From assembly GCF_006345805.1 (NCBI RefSeq), contig NC_043023.1, forward strand, positions 10,850,001-10,914,000: DNA of 64,000 nucleotides. The letters run 5' to 3'. The notes below the pieces were generated by a model, which worked only from the letters and a program-made list of their open reading frames with translations, ran no database searches and was not told the DNA's origin. Position 1 is the stretch's first letter; every line of letters begins with the position of its first letter. The translations under genes were made by a program, and so were the position numbers. Source of the DNA: Octopus sinensis. Lineage: Eukaryota. Shown here piece after piece: positions 47,616 through 60,750 of this stretch.

Positions 47616-49235
47616 TTAGTTATATGGTTTCTCTCCTGTATGAATGCGTTTGTGTCTAGTTAAAACATGCCCATGAGAGAATGATTTACCACAGATATCA
47701 CAGTGATGTAGTTTCTCTCCTGTATGAATGTGTTTGTGTTTAGTTAAGTGGCCAGTCTCGGAGAAACATTTTCCACAGACATCGCAGTGATATGGTTTCT
47801 CTCCTGTATGAGTACGTTTGTGCGTAGTTAAGGCATGTCCATGAGAGAATGATTTACCACAGATGTCGCACTGATACGGTTTCTCTCCCGTATGAATACG
47901 GATGTGTCTCGTTAAATCTCCATTTTCCGAGAATGATTTTCCACAGATATCGCAGTGATGCGGTTTGTCCCCAGTATGAATCCGTACATGCCGAGATAAA
48001 TGACCAGTGTCCGAGAATGATTTACCACAGATGTCACAATGATACGGTTTCTCTCCTGTGTGGCTGCGTTTGTGAATAGTTAAGGTCCCATTCTCAGAAA
48101 ATAATTTACCACAGATATCACAGTGATATGGTTTCTCCCCAGTATGAATACGAATATGTCTTTTTAAGGAGCTCTTTTGAGAGAATGATTTACCACAGAT
48201 ATTGCAGAAATATACTTGGCCTCCTGTATGAATGCATTTGTGTTTAGTTAAATTACCATTTTGAGAGAATGATTCCCCACAGATATCACAGTGATATGGT
48301 TTTTCTCCTGTATGAATACGTTGGTGAGGAATTAGATTGTCCTTTTGAGAGAAGGCTTTTCCACAGGTGTCACAGTGATATGGTTTCTCGCCTGTATGAA
48401 CACGTTTGTGCTTAGTTAAGTGACTGGTTTCAGTGAAGGATTTACCACAGATCTCACAGTGATACGGTTTCTCTCCAGTATGAATGTGTCTGTGAATAGT
48501 TAAAGTATGACCGTGAGAAAATGATTTACCACAGATGTCACAGTGATATGGTTTCTCTCCTGTATGAATATGTTTGTGACTAGATAGGGCATATGTACTG
48601 GAGAACGACTTACCACAGATATCACAATGATATGGTTTTACTCCCGTGTGAATATGTTTGTGTTTATGTAAACGGCTTCCATCGGAGAATGATTTACCAC
48701 AGACATCACAGTGATAAGGTTTCTCACCTGTATGGATACGTTTATGCCTAGTTAAGGTACCATTCGCAGAGAATGATTTACCACAGACATCACAGCAATA
48801 TGGTTTCTCTCCTGTATGAATGCGTTTGTGTTTATTCAGGTGAATACTTTGAGAAAATGATTCACCACAGATATCACAGTGATATGGTTTCTCACCTGTA
48901 TGAATACGCTGGTGAGTGATCAAGTTATCTTTCCGGGAGAATGACTTACCACAGATGTTACAACGATATGGTTTCTCTCCTGTATGAATGCGTTTGTGTT
49001 TATTCAGGTGAATACTTTGAGAAAATGATTCACCACAGATATCACAGTGATATGGTTTCTCTCCTGTATGAACAGATTTATGCTTAGTTAAGTTGCTGCT
49101 GTGAGAGAATGATTTGCCACAGATATCACACTGATATGGTTTTTTACCTTTCTTAATCTTTACAACACCAGGAAAGTCAATCCTTTCAGTCTGTGTTTCA
49201 CATATAGCTTCATTCTCACTTAAATCATCTTCCAT
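47616..49235 (-). CDS. C2H2 zinc-finger protein, 18 tandem fingers in one exon
   Basis: First in-frame ATG at 49235 ([15 protein letters not shown]), followed by 18 CxxC...HxxxH units with TGEKPY linkers and TAA at 47618-47616. An upstream exon cannot be excluded. Confidence 0.93.
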   Translation of the reverse strand: MEDDLSENEAICETQTERIDFPGVVKIKKGKKPYQCDICGKSFSHSSNLTKHKSVHTGEKPYHCDICGESFSQSIHLNKHKRIHTGEKPYRCNICGKSFSRKDNLITHQRIHTGEKPYHCDICGESFSQSIHLNKHKRIHTGEKPYCCDVCGKSFSANGTLTRHKRIHTGEKPYHCDVCGKSFSDGSRLHKHKHIHTGVKPYHCDICGKSFSSTYALSSHKHIHTGEKPYHCDICGKSFSHGHTLTIHRHIHTGEKPYHCEICGKSFTETSHLTKHKRVHTGEKPYHCDTCGKAFSQKDNLIPHQRIHTGEKPYHCDICGESFSQNGNLTKHKCIHTGGQVYFCNICGKSFSQKSSLKRHIRIHTGEKPYHCDICGKLFSENGTLTIHKRSHTGEKPYHCDICGKSFSDTGHLSRHVRIHTGDKPHHCDICGKSFSENGDLTRHIRIHTGEKPYQCDICGKSFSHGHALTTHKRTHTGEKPYHCDVCGKCFSETGHLTKHKHIHTGEKLHHCDICGKSFSHGHVLTRHKRIHTGEKPYN

Positions 49236-51227
49236 AATTTTCCTTTTCTTACCACAAATATACACGAGTTTGCTTCTATTTGTGTTTGTATTTCTCAACA
49301 AATATTACAAACGTTATATTTCCATCAACTGTGATCTTTGCTGATTATCTCAAGTTGCTGCAAACTCCTTTGCAATCCAATATTTATTAAAATGCAAAGT
49401 GATCTTGTCAAGTTTTCAGGAATTGAACAAGACAAACAGTGATAGTCATCTTAGAACTGAAGAAATATTTATCAGAAATTCTACCAAAGATTTATGTAAC
49501 AGGGTTTATACATCCATTCTGTGGAACATTTTCCTTTAGGGTTAGATGATTAATATTGATTAATAGATGATTAATATTGATGGTATACCTGAAGTAACCA
49601 ATTCTTTGCTGTTTCTGGCATTCTGAAAGAATTGAGAAAGAAGAATGTAAGACATAAAAGTTATGTAAAAAGTAGGGATACAACAGGGGAAATTATACAT
49701 TTTAATAAAGAATAACTATAGAAGTAAGCATTTCACTAGAATGTTTGAAATTATCAATATGTCTTTCTGTGGAGGCACATGGCCTAGTGGTTAGAGCAGC
49801 AGACTCGCGGTTGAGGGATCACGGGTTTGAATCTTAGACTGGGCGATGTGTGTGTTTATGAGCGAAACACCTAGAATAACCCGATAGAATAAGTACTGGG
49901 CTTACAAAGAATAAGTGGGATCGATTTGCTCGACTAAAAGGCGGTGCTCCAGCATGGCCAGTCAAAATGACTGAAACAAGTAAAAGAGTATATATATATA
50001 TATGGCTGTGCTCCAGCATGACCAAAGTCATTGGATTGAAACATATAAGAGAATATGAATACACACACACATTATCTTTCATAGACACATGCGCACGCCT
50101 CTGTCACTTTCCACCGACTTCAAAGCAGATGTCGCCTTCTGTGGCAGATCTGAGTCCATAAGCAAAATAATATATATCAGATATCTTACCTGTTAATTGC
50201 TATATAATCAGTGGTTACAGTGAAACATCTTTAATTACTTTAATTACACCAAATGTCCGTCCCACAACACGGCTATGCAAGCAAGATCACAGAAATCATA
50301 AAAAAATTGACTGGGAAACACAAAACGCCGAACTGTAGTTACTTTCTTGGTCTACACGCTGCTAGATGAATTTATGTATTATTTAAAAACAAAAACAAAA
50401 CACTTATATGAATCATAGAAACACACAGTTAATTGTTGCGGGAATGTCTTAAGTTTTACTTGAAATGTAAGAATTAGGGAATTCTGAAATTTTCTATAAT
50501 TGCTAATCATAATAGTCTTTCAAAAGTTGCATACAAATTTTGCCCTCACGAGTGGTATGATACTGTAGAGGAATGAGGTATGGTCTAGCTACAAATGTTT
50601 TTTGAGGATAAAATAAGTATCATTCCTACTTTGAATGTATTTCTCGAAAATAAATATATAAAGAAATAACGTGCCGGGTTCTTTTTTTTTTTTTTTTTTG
50701 CACGTTTCGTTTTCTCCGCTTCGTTTTTTTTAATAACATTCTTCACTCAATGAAATGAAGGACCAAAGACTCGAAGACGAGAAAGAAAAATTGAAAATTT
50801 GCGGAAAAATACAAGTAAATATTTTTTATCTAATTGTGGATAATTAAATACTGATTTGATTAATTAATTTGATTGTATAATATAGTTAATATTAAATATG
50901 TCGCCTTTACAATGTTCACTGAAGTAATGAGTGAATTACGGATTTGATTAATTGGCGATCTTCGCCTAATTAATTGTATAATTGGAATTTAGTCGTGCTG
51001 AGTTATTGCATTGCTCATTTGTAACCGTTGTGGCTTTCATGCATCGACATACAAGCCACCGAATAGCTCTCTTAGTTCTGTTGTTCGTTGTTAGGAATTG
51101 TGTAGTTCAGGGGTTCTGTCTGAATTATGATATTACTAGAAGCTACGAAAGATGCAACATAGTGAGGGATGTCTTCAGGTTGCAGAGTGTTGTGTCTTAA
51201 GTCTATGAAACTGTACATAATGCATAT

Positions 51228-51660
51228 AAAGTATATAGGCAATCTTTCGTCTCTAGTAGACCTTTCCGTCGATTTCCGTAAAAAAAATTTTTTTTTTTTT
51301 TTTACATATGGGCTTGCGGGAACTTTTGAAGTAATGAGAGCGAAAGAGACTAAGAGAAAGCGATTGTATGACGAGGGAAGTTCTTTTGAAGTTACCGTGC
51401 ATGGGAGGCATTGATGTACATGTGTGTGTGTGTGTTTGATGAGGTGTGGGAGACAGACAGTATGTTGTGTAAGTGAAGTGCTTCTGTTAGTGTGTGTGAA
51501 AGAAAGAGATAACTGAAATTTTTTTACTCGGTGTATGTGTATATGTATGTATATTACTTCAAAAGTTCCCGCAAGACCATATGTAAAAAAAAAAAAAGAA
51601 TTTTTACGGAAATCGACGGAAAGGTCTACTAGAGACGAAAGATCGCCAGTATATATGTAT
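51228..51660. mobile_element. MITE-like element with ~105-bp terminal inverted repeats
   Basis: 51230-51335 is mirrored by 51553-51657. The right end plus flank (51648-51774) recurs inverted at 53991-54117. Confidence 0.7.
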
Positions 51661-52202
51661 AAAGTGCATTGAGTAATCATCGTATTCTAATTTCTTTCAC
51701 TTTTCAATGATCAACAGATGAGTGACTATCTTTCTATACAAACACAACACGGGCTATGCTTTCAGAAATAACCCAGTCGAACGAGTTTCGATCTTTGCCG
51801 AACTGCTAAGTTACGGGGATGTAAACACATCAACATCGGTTGTCGAGCGGTGGTGGGGGACAAAGGCAGGCACAAACATACATATTACGGACTTCTTTCA
51901 GTTTCCGTCTACTAAATCCACTTAAAAGCCCGAGGCTAGAGTAAAAAAACACACACTTGCCTAAGGTGCCACACAGTGGGACTGAACCTGGAACCATGTG
52001 GTTAAGAAGCAAACTAACTTCATAGCCACGTCTAATTAGGGAGTTCTTTAATAAAATGAAAGGACTTCATTAGGTCTCATTATTAAATTATCAGACTACG
52101 CGTCTGATAAGGGTACACTAGGAAAATGCATCACAACCATATGTGCGCAACATGGTGATCTCATATCAAGATAAACAGCACATGACCTTGCAGGTGAGGC
52201 CC

Positions 52203-53465
52203 AATCATCATCATTGTTCGACCGTGGTCGAGACAATGGAATTTACCATGCTACGCCAGACTTCACGGTCCATCATGGCATTATGGAGGTCCTGTTGTTG
52301 GATGCCTGTATCCCTGGAGATTACATCAGGGTAGGAGAGTGTGTGCCCTCTGGTATCGCGACCGTGGTCAAGACAATGGAATTTACCATGCTATGCCAGA
52401 CTTCATGGTCCATCATGGCATTACGGAGGTCCTGTTGTTGGATGCCTGTATCCCTGGAGATTACATCAGGGTAGGAGAGTGTGGGCCCTCTGGTATCGCG
52501 ACTGTGGTCGAGACAATGGAATCTACCATGCTACGCCAGAGTTCACGGTCCATCATGGCATTACGGAGGTCCTGTTGTTGGATGCCTGTATCCCTGGAGA
52601 TTACATCAGGGTAGGAGAGTGTGCGCCCTCTGGTATCGCGACCGTGGTCAAGACAATGGAATTTACCATGCTATGCCAGACTTCATGGTCCATCATGGCA
52701 TTACGGAGGTCCTGTTGTTGGATGCCTGTATCCCTGGAGATTACATCAGGGTAGGAGAGTGTGCGCCCTCTGGTATCGCGACCGTGGTCGAGACAATGGA
52801 ATCTACCATGCTACGCCAGAGTTCACGGTCCATCATGGCATTACGGAGGTCCTGTTGTTGGATGCCTGTATCCCTGGAGGTTACATCAGGGTAGGAGAGT
52901 GTGGGCCCTCTGGTATCGCGACCGTGGTCGAGACAATGGAATTTACCATGCTACGCCAGACTTTACAGTCCATCGTGGCATTACGGAGGTCCTGTTGTTG
53001 GATGCCTGTATCCCTGGAGATTACATCAGGGTAGGAGAGTGTGCGCCCTCTGGTATCGCGACCGTGGTCAAGACAATGGAATTTACCATGCTACGCCAGA
53101 CTTCACGGTCCATCATGGCATTACGGAGGTCCTGTTGTTGGATGCCTGTATCCCTGGAGGTTACATCAGGGTAGGAGAGTGTGGGCCCTCTGGTATCGCG
53201 ACCGTGGTCGAGACAATGGAATTTACCATGCTACGCCAGACTTCACGGTCCATCATGGCATTACGGAGGTCCTGTTGCTGGATGCCTGTATCCCTGGAGA
53301 TTACATCAGGGTAGGAGAGTGTGCGCCCTCTGGCATTGCGAGTAGATGGCTTCCAGAGAAGGAGAGTTGAAATTACCTCTTTTTCAGCTCTGCAACAATG
53401 TCCAGCAAACTGGACTCTCCTACCTTTCACAAGAGATGACACAGGTGGTAGTTTCCCATAATTTT
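52203..53465 (-). mobile_element. RTE LINE 3' fragment whose last 140 bp is amplified into 8 tandem units
   Basis: Homologous to 18480-18776; (TGA)n tail at ~52204-52215; units start at 52221, 52361, ... 53201. Confidence 0.9.
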
Positions 53466-54120
53466 CTAGAAGCCCAAAATACCACTCAGCATTTCGTCTG
53501 GCATGCTAGTGACTCTGTTAGCTTGCCACCTGCCACCTTAATAATAATAATCTTTACTACTCTAGGTACGAAGACCAGAAAGTTGTGTGGAGGGGGCTAA
53601 TCGATTACATTGACCCTAGTACTCAACTGGTACTCAAAGGGATTAAAGGCAAAGTCGACCTCGGCGGAATTTGAACTCAGAACGTAACGGTAGATGAAAT
53701 ACCTATTTCTTTACTACCCACTAGGGGCTAAACACAGAGGGGACAAACAAGGTCAGACAAACGGATTAAGTCGATTACATCGACCCCAGTGCTCAACTGG
53801 TACTTATTTAATCGACCCCGAAAGGATGAAAGGCAAAGTCGACCCCGGCGAAATTTGAAATCAGACCGTAAAGACAGACGAAATACTGCTCCGCATTTCG
53901 TCCGGCATGCTAACGATTCTGCCAGCTCACCACCTTAATAATAACTAGTGGGACCCGTGAATATTTCACAGAATTAATGATAGGTTTAGTGGGTTATTTC
54001 TGAAAGCATAGCCCGTGTTGTGTTTGTATAGAAAGATAGTCACTCATCTGTTAATCATTGAAAAGTGAAAGAAATTAGAATACGATGATTACTTAATGCA
54101 CTTTATACATATATACTTTA

Positions 54121-54628
54121 CTAGCAGTATCGCCCGGCGTTGCTCGGGTTTGTAAGGGAAATAACTATATAAGCATTTTTAGAGAGTTACTTCCCTTATA
54201 GATGCCAATTCGGGCTTTCTTAGCCATTTCTGTTTTGGTGTCTTCAAGCCATGAAGTCGTTGTTCTAAAAGAACGCTGGTCTCCTTGACAACGCTTTACG
54301 ACGTTGATTTCCTTACACTCCCTTCCCCACAGCTTCACGAGGGAGGGAAGAAGGGGGAGAAGCAACACAGGTGTGAGCGTGGACGCCAACTCCGCCGCCA
54401 ATGACACACGAAAAAATATGCATTAAAATGGAATAAAAAATGATGTTAAATTATTTTTTAAATCGTAGACTCATCGTAGACGTGCGCTAATACCCAGACG
54501 GGCTCGATATGAATCACGACTATAAGATACCCGAATTTGGTTAAACTGCACCGCAAAATGTGGGAGTAGTTAGGAATCTAAATCGAAGGGGACAGACACT
54601 CACACAACTACAGTTTTATATATATAGA
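54121..54628 (-). mobile_element. Non-autonomous Helitron, longer variant with ~210 bp of extra internal sequence
   Basis: A|TCTATATATATAAAAC...CCCGAGCAACGCCGGG...CTAG|T on the minus strand. Confidence 0.85.
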
Positions 54629-55659
54629 TATGCAATATGCACAGTTTCATAGACTTAAGACACAACACTCTCCTTCTTTCTCTCTCACTCTTTACCTTAC
54701 CCTTTCTTTTTCTCTTCACTCTTCAACTAATCTTGTGAAAGTGTTACAGACAGGCGAAGTAATGGAGGAAAAAAAATCTTAGTTCATAGATAAAAATTAC
54801 ACATATCACTCACCATCACTTCTCAGTAGAATTTAAACTCAGAACATGAAGACAGAAGAAATGCCACTAAGCATTTTGCCTGGTACGCTAGCAATTCTGT
54901 TAGTTTGCCACCACCACCACCACCACCACAATAATAATAATAAATAGCAGTACCAGGCAGTGGCTCTCATGGCTTCTGATCTTAACTGATTGGAAGTGTT
55001 ATCATGTACATTGTTTTGTCTTGGTATAAAAAGATGGGGAGGCGCAATGGCCCAGTGGTTAGGGCAGCGGACTCGCGGTTTCGATTCCCAGACCGGGCGT
55101 TGTGAGTGTTTATTGAGCGAAAACACCTAAAGCTCCACGAGGCTCCTGTTTCTGTTGTACCTGTATTTCAAAGGGCCGGCCTTGTCACTCTCTGTGTCAC
55201 GCTGAATATCCCCGAGAACTACGTTAAGGGTACACATATCTGTGGAGTGCTCAGCCACTTACACGTTAATTTCACGAGCAGGCTGTTCCGTTGATTCAGA
55301 TCAACCGGAACCCTCATCGTCGTAACCGACGGGGTGCTTCCATCCATATAAAAAGATGGGCCACAGCAAATATTCTGCTCAATACCACAGATTTGCTTTG
55401 GAAACATGAGTGTCTCATTCAACATCCTTAAGCAACCCCTATTCAGGGACCTTTTGAATGAAATGGGCTACTCGACCTGAAGAAAATTCTAACTGGGCCC
55501 CACCTGCAAGGTCATGCATTGTTTATCTTGATATGAGATCACCATGTCGCGCACATATGGTTGTGATGCATGTGCCTGGTGTAACTTTATCAGACGGGTA
55601 GTCATGATGGGTATACTCGGCTTCATATATTTGTACCCCATGCGTTGTTCTCTCACTCA

Positions 55660-55694
<35 letters not shown>

Positions 55695-56542
55695 CCTTTC
55701 TACTATAGGCACAAGGCCTGAAATTTGGGGGAAGGGGTTATGTTGATTACATCAACCCCTGTACTCAACTAGTACTTAATTTATTGACCCCGAAAGGATG
55801 AAAGGCAGGCAAAGTCGACCTTGGCGGAATTTGAACTCAGAATGTAGTGATAGGCGAAATACCGCTAAGCTATTTCTTTACTACGCACAAGGGGCTAAAC
55901 ACAGAGGGAACAAACAAGGACAGACAAAGGGATTAAGTTGATTCCAGTTTTAGACGCAGCAAATGATTTTAGCTCAAAAGAGAGCATAGGATTGGTTAAA
56001 TTTCGAAAAATTAAACTACGTTAAACAAACAAATTACAATTTTCTCAAGAAAGCCAAGAGAAAAAAATGTTTTATTTTGACACATTCTACAAGTATACGA
56101 AGTTTAAAAGTGTTTAGTTAACTAGAAATTGTGTTGAAATCTGGCCTTCAAAAGGAAAAGATCCAATAATTTTTGTTGAACCAAGTAAATAACACAAAAA
56201 CACAAAGTAAAGATCGACTAGTCATGACTAGCTAGCACGCGCACTGGGACCACTGTTTGCTAGTAGTACCCTTTATGCCCTTATTTTTATAAGCATGGAT
56301 GTACTCCCTTCTTATTTATTTATGGTTTCAACCTGAAATAGTATCTTCTTCCACTCGTCTTTCACTGTATTTATTTCCGGTACTTTCTCCGGGGAATGCC
56401 GAGAATTAAAAATTTTTGTTCCCGACCGTTTTTTGTTTTTACTCATCCAGCTTAATATTAGTATTAGGGGTGATAGACTATTAAGGAAGTTTTTTATTTT
56501 TATTTTTAAAATATTCTTACCCATTATTGGCATTCTTTCGAT

Positions 56543-57010
56543 ATAATAATAATAATAATAATAATGAAATTATTGTATACAGTGCTCAGGTGCACCACAA
56601 CTTGTCAGAAAGTGCATATAAAGCATATGCAGTAATGTACAAATGTCTGGAAAGCGAACAGTGTATGAGTCAGATACATGCTTGCGTGTGTATGGAGGGG
56701 AGAAAATCGGGTGTAGTGTTGGCGAATCTCAGGAAGCATGGAAGTTTTGAAGGATGCTGTGCTCCGACAGTTAACAACTGATGCCGGCAGTTTGTTCCAT
56801 GCTTCAGCAACTCTCAGCGTGAAAAAACGTTTCCTAAAGTCATGGGAGCTGTGCTGTTTTCTGACTTTGTAAACATGTCCACAGGTGGAGTTTGAAAAGT
56901 ATCCAGAGTTATTGTTTGTACGATGGTTGATAATTTTATGGGTATCTGTCAAGTCAGCTGCCAGACATCGGAGTTTCAATATGTCTATGCCCATAACTCG
57001 ATGAAATCAA
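56543..57010 (-). mobile_element. CR1-clade LINE 3' fragment
   Basis: LAADL...GHVYKVRK...RKRFFTLRVAEAWNKLPASVV...SFK is the CR1-type ORF2 end, followed by a short 3' UTR and an (ATT)n tail. Confidence 0.85.
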
Positions 57011-57359
57011 AACGTTTCACTTCGGGTATTTCCCTGGAAGCAAGTGACAGTTCGATTCTGTTTCCTGCTTGGAAATTTGCGGATTTTACATACACAAACG
57101 AAACAGGTTAAGAAGAAATATGCAAGGCTATATATATATGCACATGCATATGTGTGTGTGTATATATACTCTTTTACTTGTTTCAGTCATTTGACTGCGG
57201 CCATGCTGGAGCACCGCCTTTAGTCGAGCAAATCGATCCCAGGACTTATTCTTTGTAAGCCCACTACTTATTCTATCGGTCTCTTTTGCCGAACCGCTAA
57301 GTGACGGGGACGTAAACACACCAGCATCGGTTGTCAAGCAATGCTAGGGGGACAAACAC

Positions 57360-57375
57360 AGACACACACACACAC

Positions 57376-57434
<59 letters not shown>

Positions 57435-59068
57435 GACAGGCTTCTTTCAGTTTCCGTCTACCAAATCCACTCACAAGGCATTGGTCGGCCCAGGGGCCAT
57501 AGCAGAAGACACTTGCCCAAGATGCCACGCAGTGGGACTGAACCCGGAACTATGTGGTTGGTTAGCAAGCTACTTACCACACAGCCACTCCTCCTCCTCC
57601 TCATCATCATCGTTTAGCGTCCGCTTTCCATGCTGGCATGGGTTGGATGGTGAAACTGGGGTCTGGGAAGCCAGAAGGCTGCGCCAGGCCCAGTCTGATC
57701 TGGCAATGTTTCTACGGCTGGATGCCCTTCCTAACGCCAACCACTCCATGAGTGTAGTGGGTGCTTTTTACGTGCCAGGCGAGGCTGGCAAACGGCCACG
57801 ATCAGATGGTGCTTTTTACGTGCCACATATATATATGTGTATATACACACACACACTCATACATATACAACAGACTTCTTTCAGTTTTGGTCTACCAAAT
57901 CCACTCTCATTGTGGTTGTTCTGTGTCTAATGTAGACAACACTTACCCAAGGTGCCATGCAGTGAGACTGAACCTGAAACCACTTGACCAGAAAGGGAAC
58001 TTCTTAACCACATAACCATTTCTGTGTCTATATTATTGTTCTAGAAAAGTAATAAAACGTCCACTGTTGCGTCTCTGCTGTTTTAAGTATCTTCTATATC
58101 TTACCATTTTCTTTCTCTTTTATTTCAGAATATCAGATGACATTGGCATAAGGATCATTTCTCCATCAGGCCCTTTATCGATACTAGGGTCATAATTATG
58201 GATGATTCTTTTATGACTTCATTGCTTTCAGGCTTAGCTTAGGGTATTTTTGCGTCCAACATCACAAAATGCGTCTGTTTAAGTATCTTCTATATCTAAC
58301 CATTTTCTTTCTCTTTTATTTCAGAATATCAGATGACATTGGCATAAGGATCATTTCTCCATCAGGCCCTTTATCGATACTAGGGTCATAATTATGGATG
58401 ATTCTTTTATGACTTCATTGCTTTCAGGCTTAGCTTAAGGTATTTTTGCGTCCAACATCACAAAATGCGTCTGTTTAAGTATCTTCTATATCTAACCATT
58501 TTCTTTCTCTTTTATTTCAGAATATCAGATGACATTGGCATAAGGATCATTTCTCCATCAGGCCCTTTATCGATACTAGGGTCATAATTATGGATGATTC
58601 TTTTATGACTTCATTGCTTTCAGGCTTAGCTTAGGGTATTTTTGCGTCCAACATCACAAAATGCGTCTGTTTAAGTATCTTCTATATCTAACCATTTTCT
58701 TTCTCTTTTATTTCAGAATATCAGATGACATTGGCATAAGGATCATTTCTCCATCAGGCCCTTCATCGATATTGAATTGTCTTTTAAAAGACTAAAGGAA
58801 CCTTTTATACAGAACAGATGATATAATACTGTTTCCATAAATCTGTGGTGAATTCCCTCTCTCTCTCTCTTTCGGAGAGGCACTGAGCACCTACACACAC
58901 GGCAGTAACTTCCGCCTACCAAATTCAATCGCAAAGCTTCGGTCGACTCGGGGCTATAGCGGAAGACACCCACCCAAAGTGCCATGCGGTGGGACTGAAC
59001 CTGAAACCATGTAGCTAGGAAGCAAGCTCCCTAACCACACAGCCATATATATATATACACACACACAC

Positions 59069-59127
<59 letters not shown>

Positions 59128-60750
59128 CGACAGGCTTCTTTCAGTTTCCGTCTACCAAATCCACTCACAAGGCATTGGTCGGCCCAGGGGCCATAGCAGA
59201 AGACACTTGCCCAAGATGCCACGCAGTGGGACTGAACCCGGAACTATGTGGTTGGTTAGCAAGCTACTTACCACACAGCCACTCCTCTCCTCCTCATCAT
59301 CATCGTTTAGCGTCCGCTTTCCATGCTGGCATGGGTTGGATGGTGAAACTGGGGTCTGGGAAGCCAGAAGGCTGCGCCAGGCCCAGTCTGATCTGGCAAT
59401 GTTTCTACGGCTGGATGCCCTTCCTAACGCCAACCACTCCATGAGTGTAGTGGTGCTTTTTACGTGCCAGGCGAGGCTGGCAAACGGCCACGATCAGATG
59501 GTGCTTTTTACGTGCCACATATATATATGTGTATATACACACACACACTCATACATATACAACAGACTTCTTTCAGTTTTGGTCTACCAAATCCACTCTC
59601 ATTGTGGTTGTTCTGTGTCTAATGTAGACAACACTTACCCAAGGTGCCATGCAGTGAGACTGAACCTGAAACCACTTGACCAGAAAGGGAACTTCTTAAC
59701 CACATAACCATTTCTGTGTCTATATTATTGTTCTAGAAAAGTAATAAAACGTCCACTGTTGCGTCTCTGCTGTTTTAAGTATCTTCTATATCTTACCATT
59801 TTCTTTCTCTTTTATTTCAGAATATCAGATGACATTGGCATAAGGATCATTTCTCCATCAGGCCCTTTATCGATACTAGGGTCATAATTATGGATGATTC
59901 TTTTATGACTTCATTGCTTTCAGGCTTAGCTTAGGGTATTTTTGCGTCCAACATCACAAAATGCGTCTGTTTAAGTATCTTCTATATCTAACCATTTTCT
60001 TTCTCTTTTATTTCAGAATATCAGATGACATTGGCATAAGGATCATTTCTCCATCAGGCCCTTTATCGATACTAGGGTCATAATTATGGATGATTCTTTT
60101 ATGACTTCATTGCTTTCAGGCTTAGCTTAGGGTATTTTTGCGTCCAACATCACAAAATGCGTCTGTTTAAGTATCTTCTATATCTAACCATTTTCTTTCT
60201 CTTTTATTTCAGAATATCAGATGACATTGGCATAAGGATCATTTCTCCATCAGGCCCTTTATCGATACTAGGGTCATAATTATGGATGATTCTTTTATGA
60301 CTTCATTGCTTCAGGCTTAGCTTAGGGTTATTTTTGCGTCCAACATCACAAAATGCGTCTGTTTAAGTATCTTCTATATCTAACCATTTTCTTTCTCTTT
60401 TATTTCAGAATATCAGATGACATTGGCATAAGGATCATTTCTCCATCAGGCCCTTCATCGATATTGAATTGTCTTTTAAAAGACTAAAGGAACCTTTTAT
60501 ACAGAACAGATGATATAATACTGTTTCCATAAATCTGTGGTGAATTCCCTCTCTCTCTCTCTTTCGGAGAGGCACTGAGCACCTACACACACGGCAGTAA
60601 CTTCCGCCTACCAAATTCAATCGCAAAGCTTCGGTCGACTCGGGGCTATAGCGGAAGACACCCACCCAAAGTGCCATGCGGTGGGACTGAACCTGAAACC
60701 ATGTAGCTAGGAAGCAAGCTCCCTAACCACACAGCCATATATATATATAC
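57360..60750. repeat. ~1.69-kb tandem duplication
   Basis: Identical ORFs at 58743 and 60435 (offset 1692); breakpoints lie in CA/TA tracts of SINE copies. Confidence 0.9.
58081..58770. repeat. 196-bp tandem array (3.5 units; repeated at ~59775-60460)
   Basis: AAGTATCTTC at 58085, 58281, 58477 and 58673. Confidence 0.92.

Noticed and set aside
52214-53370. Overlapping 137-aa ORFs and a CRISPR-like regular array
   Set aside because: Units are contiguous 140-bp copies of an RTE tail with no unique spacers, in eukaryotic context with no cas genes. The same applies to the 145-, 196- and 110-bp arrays.
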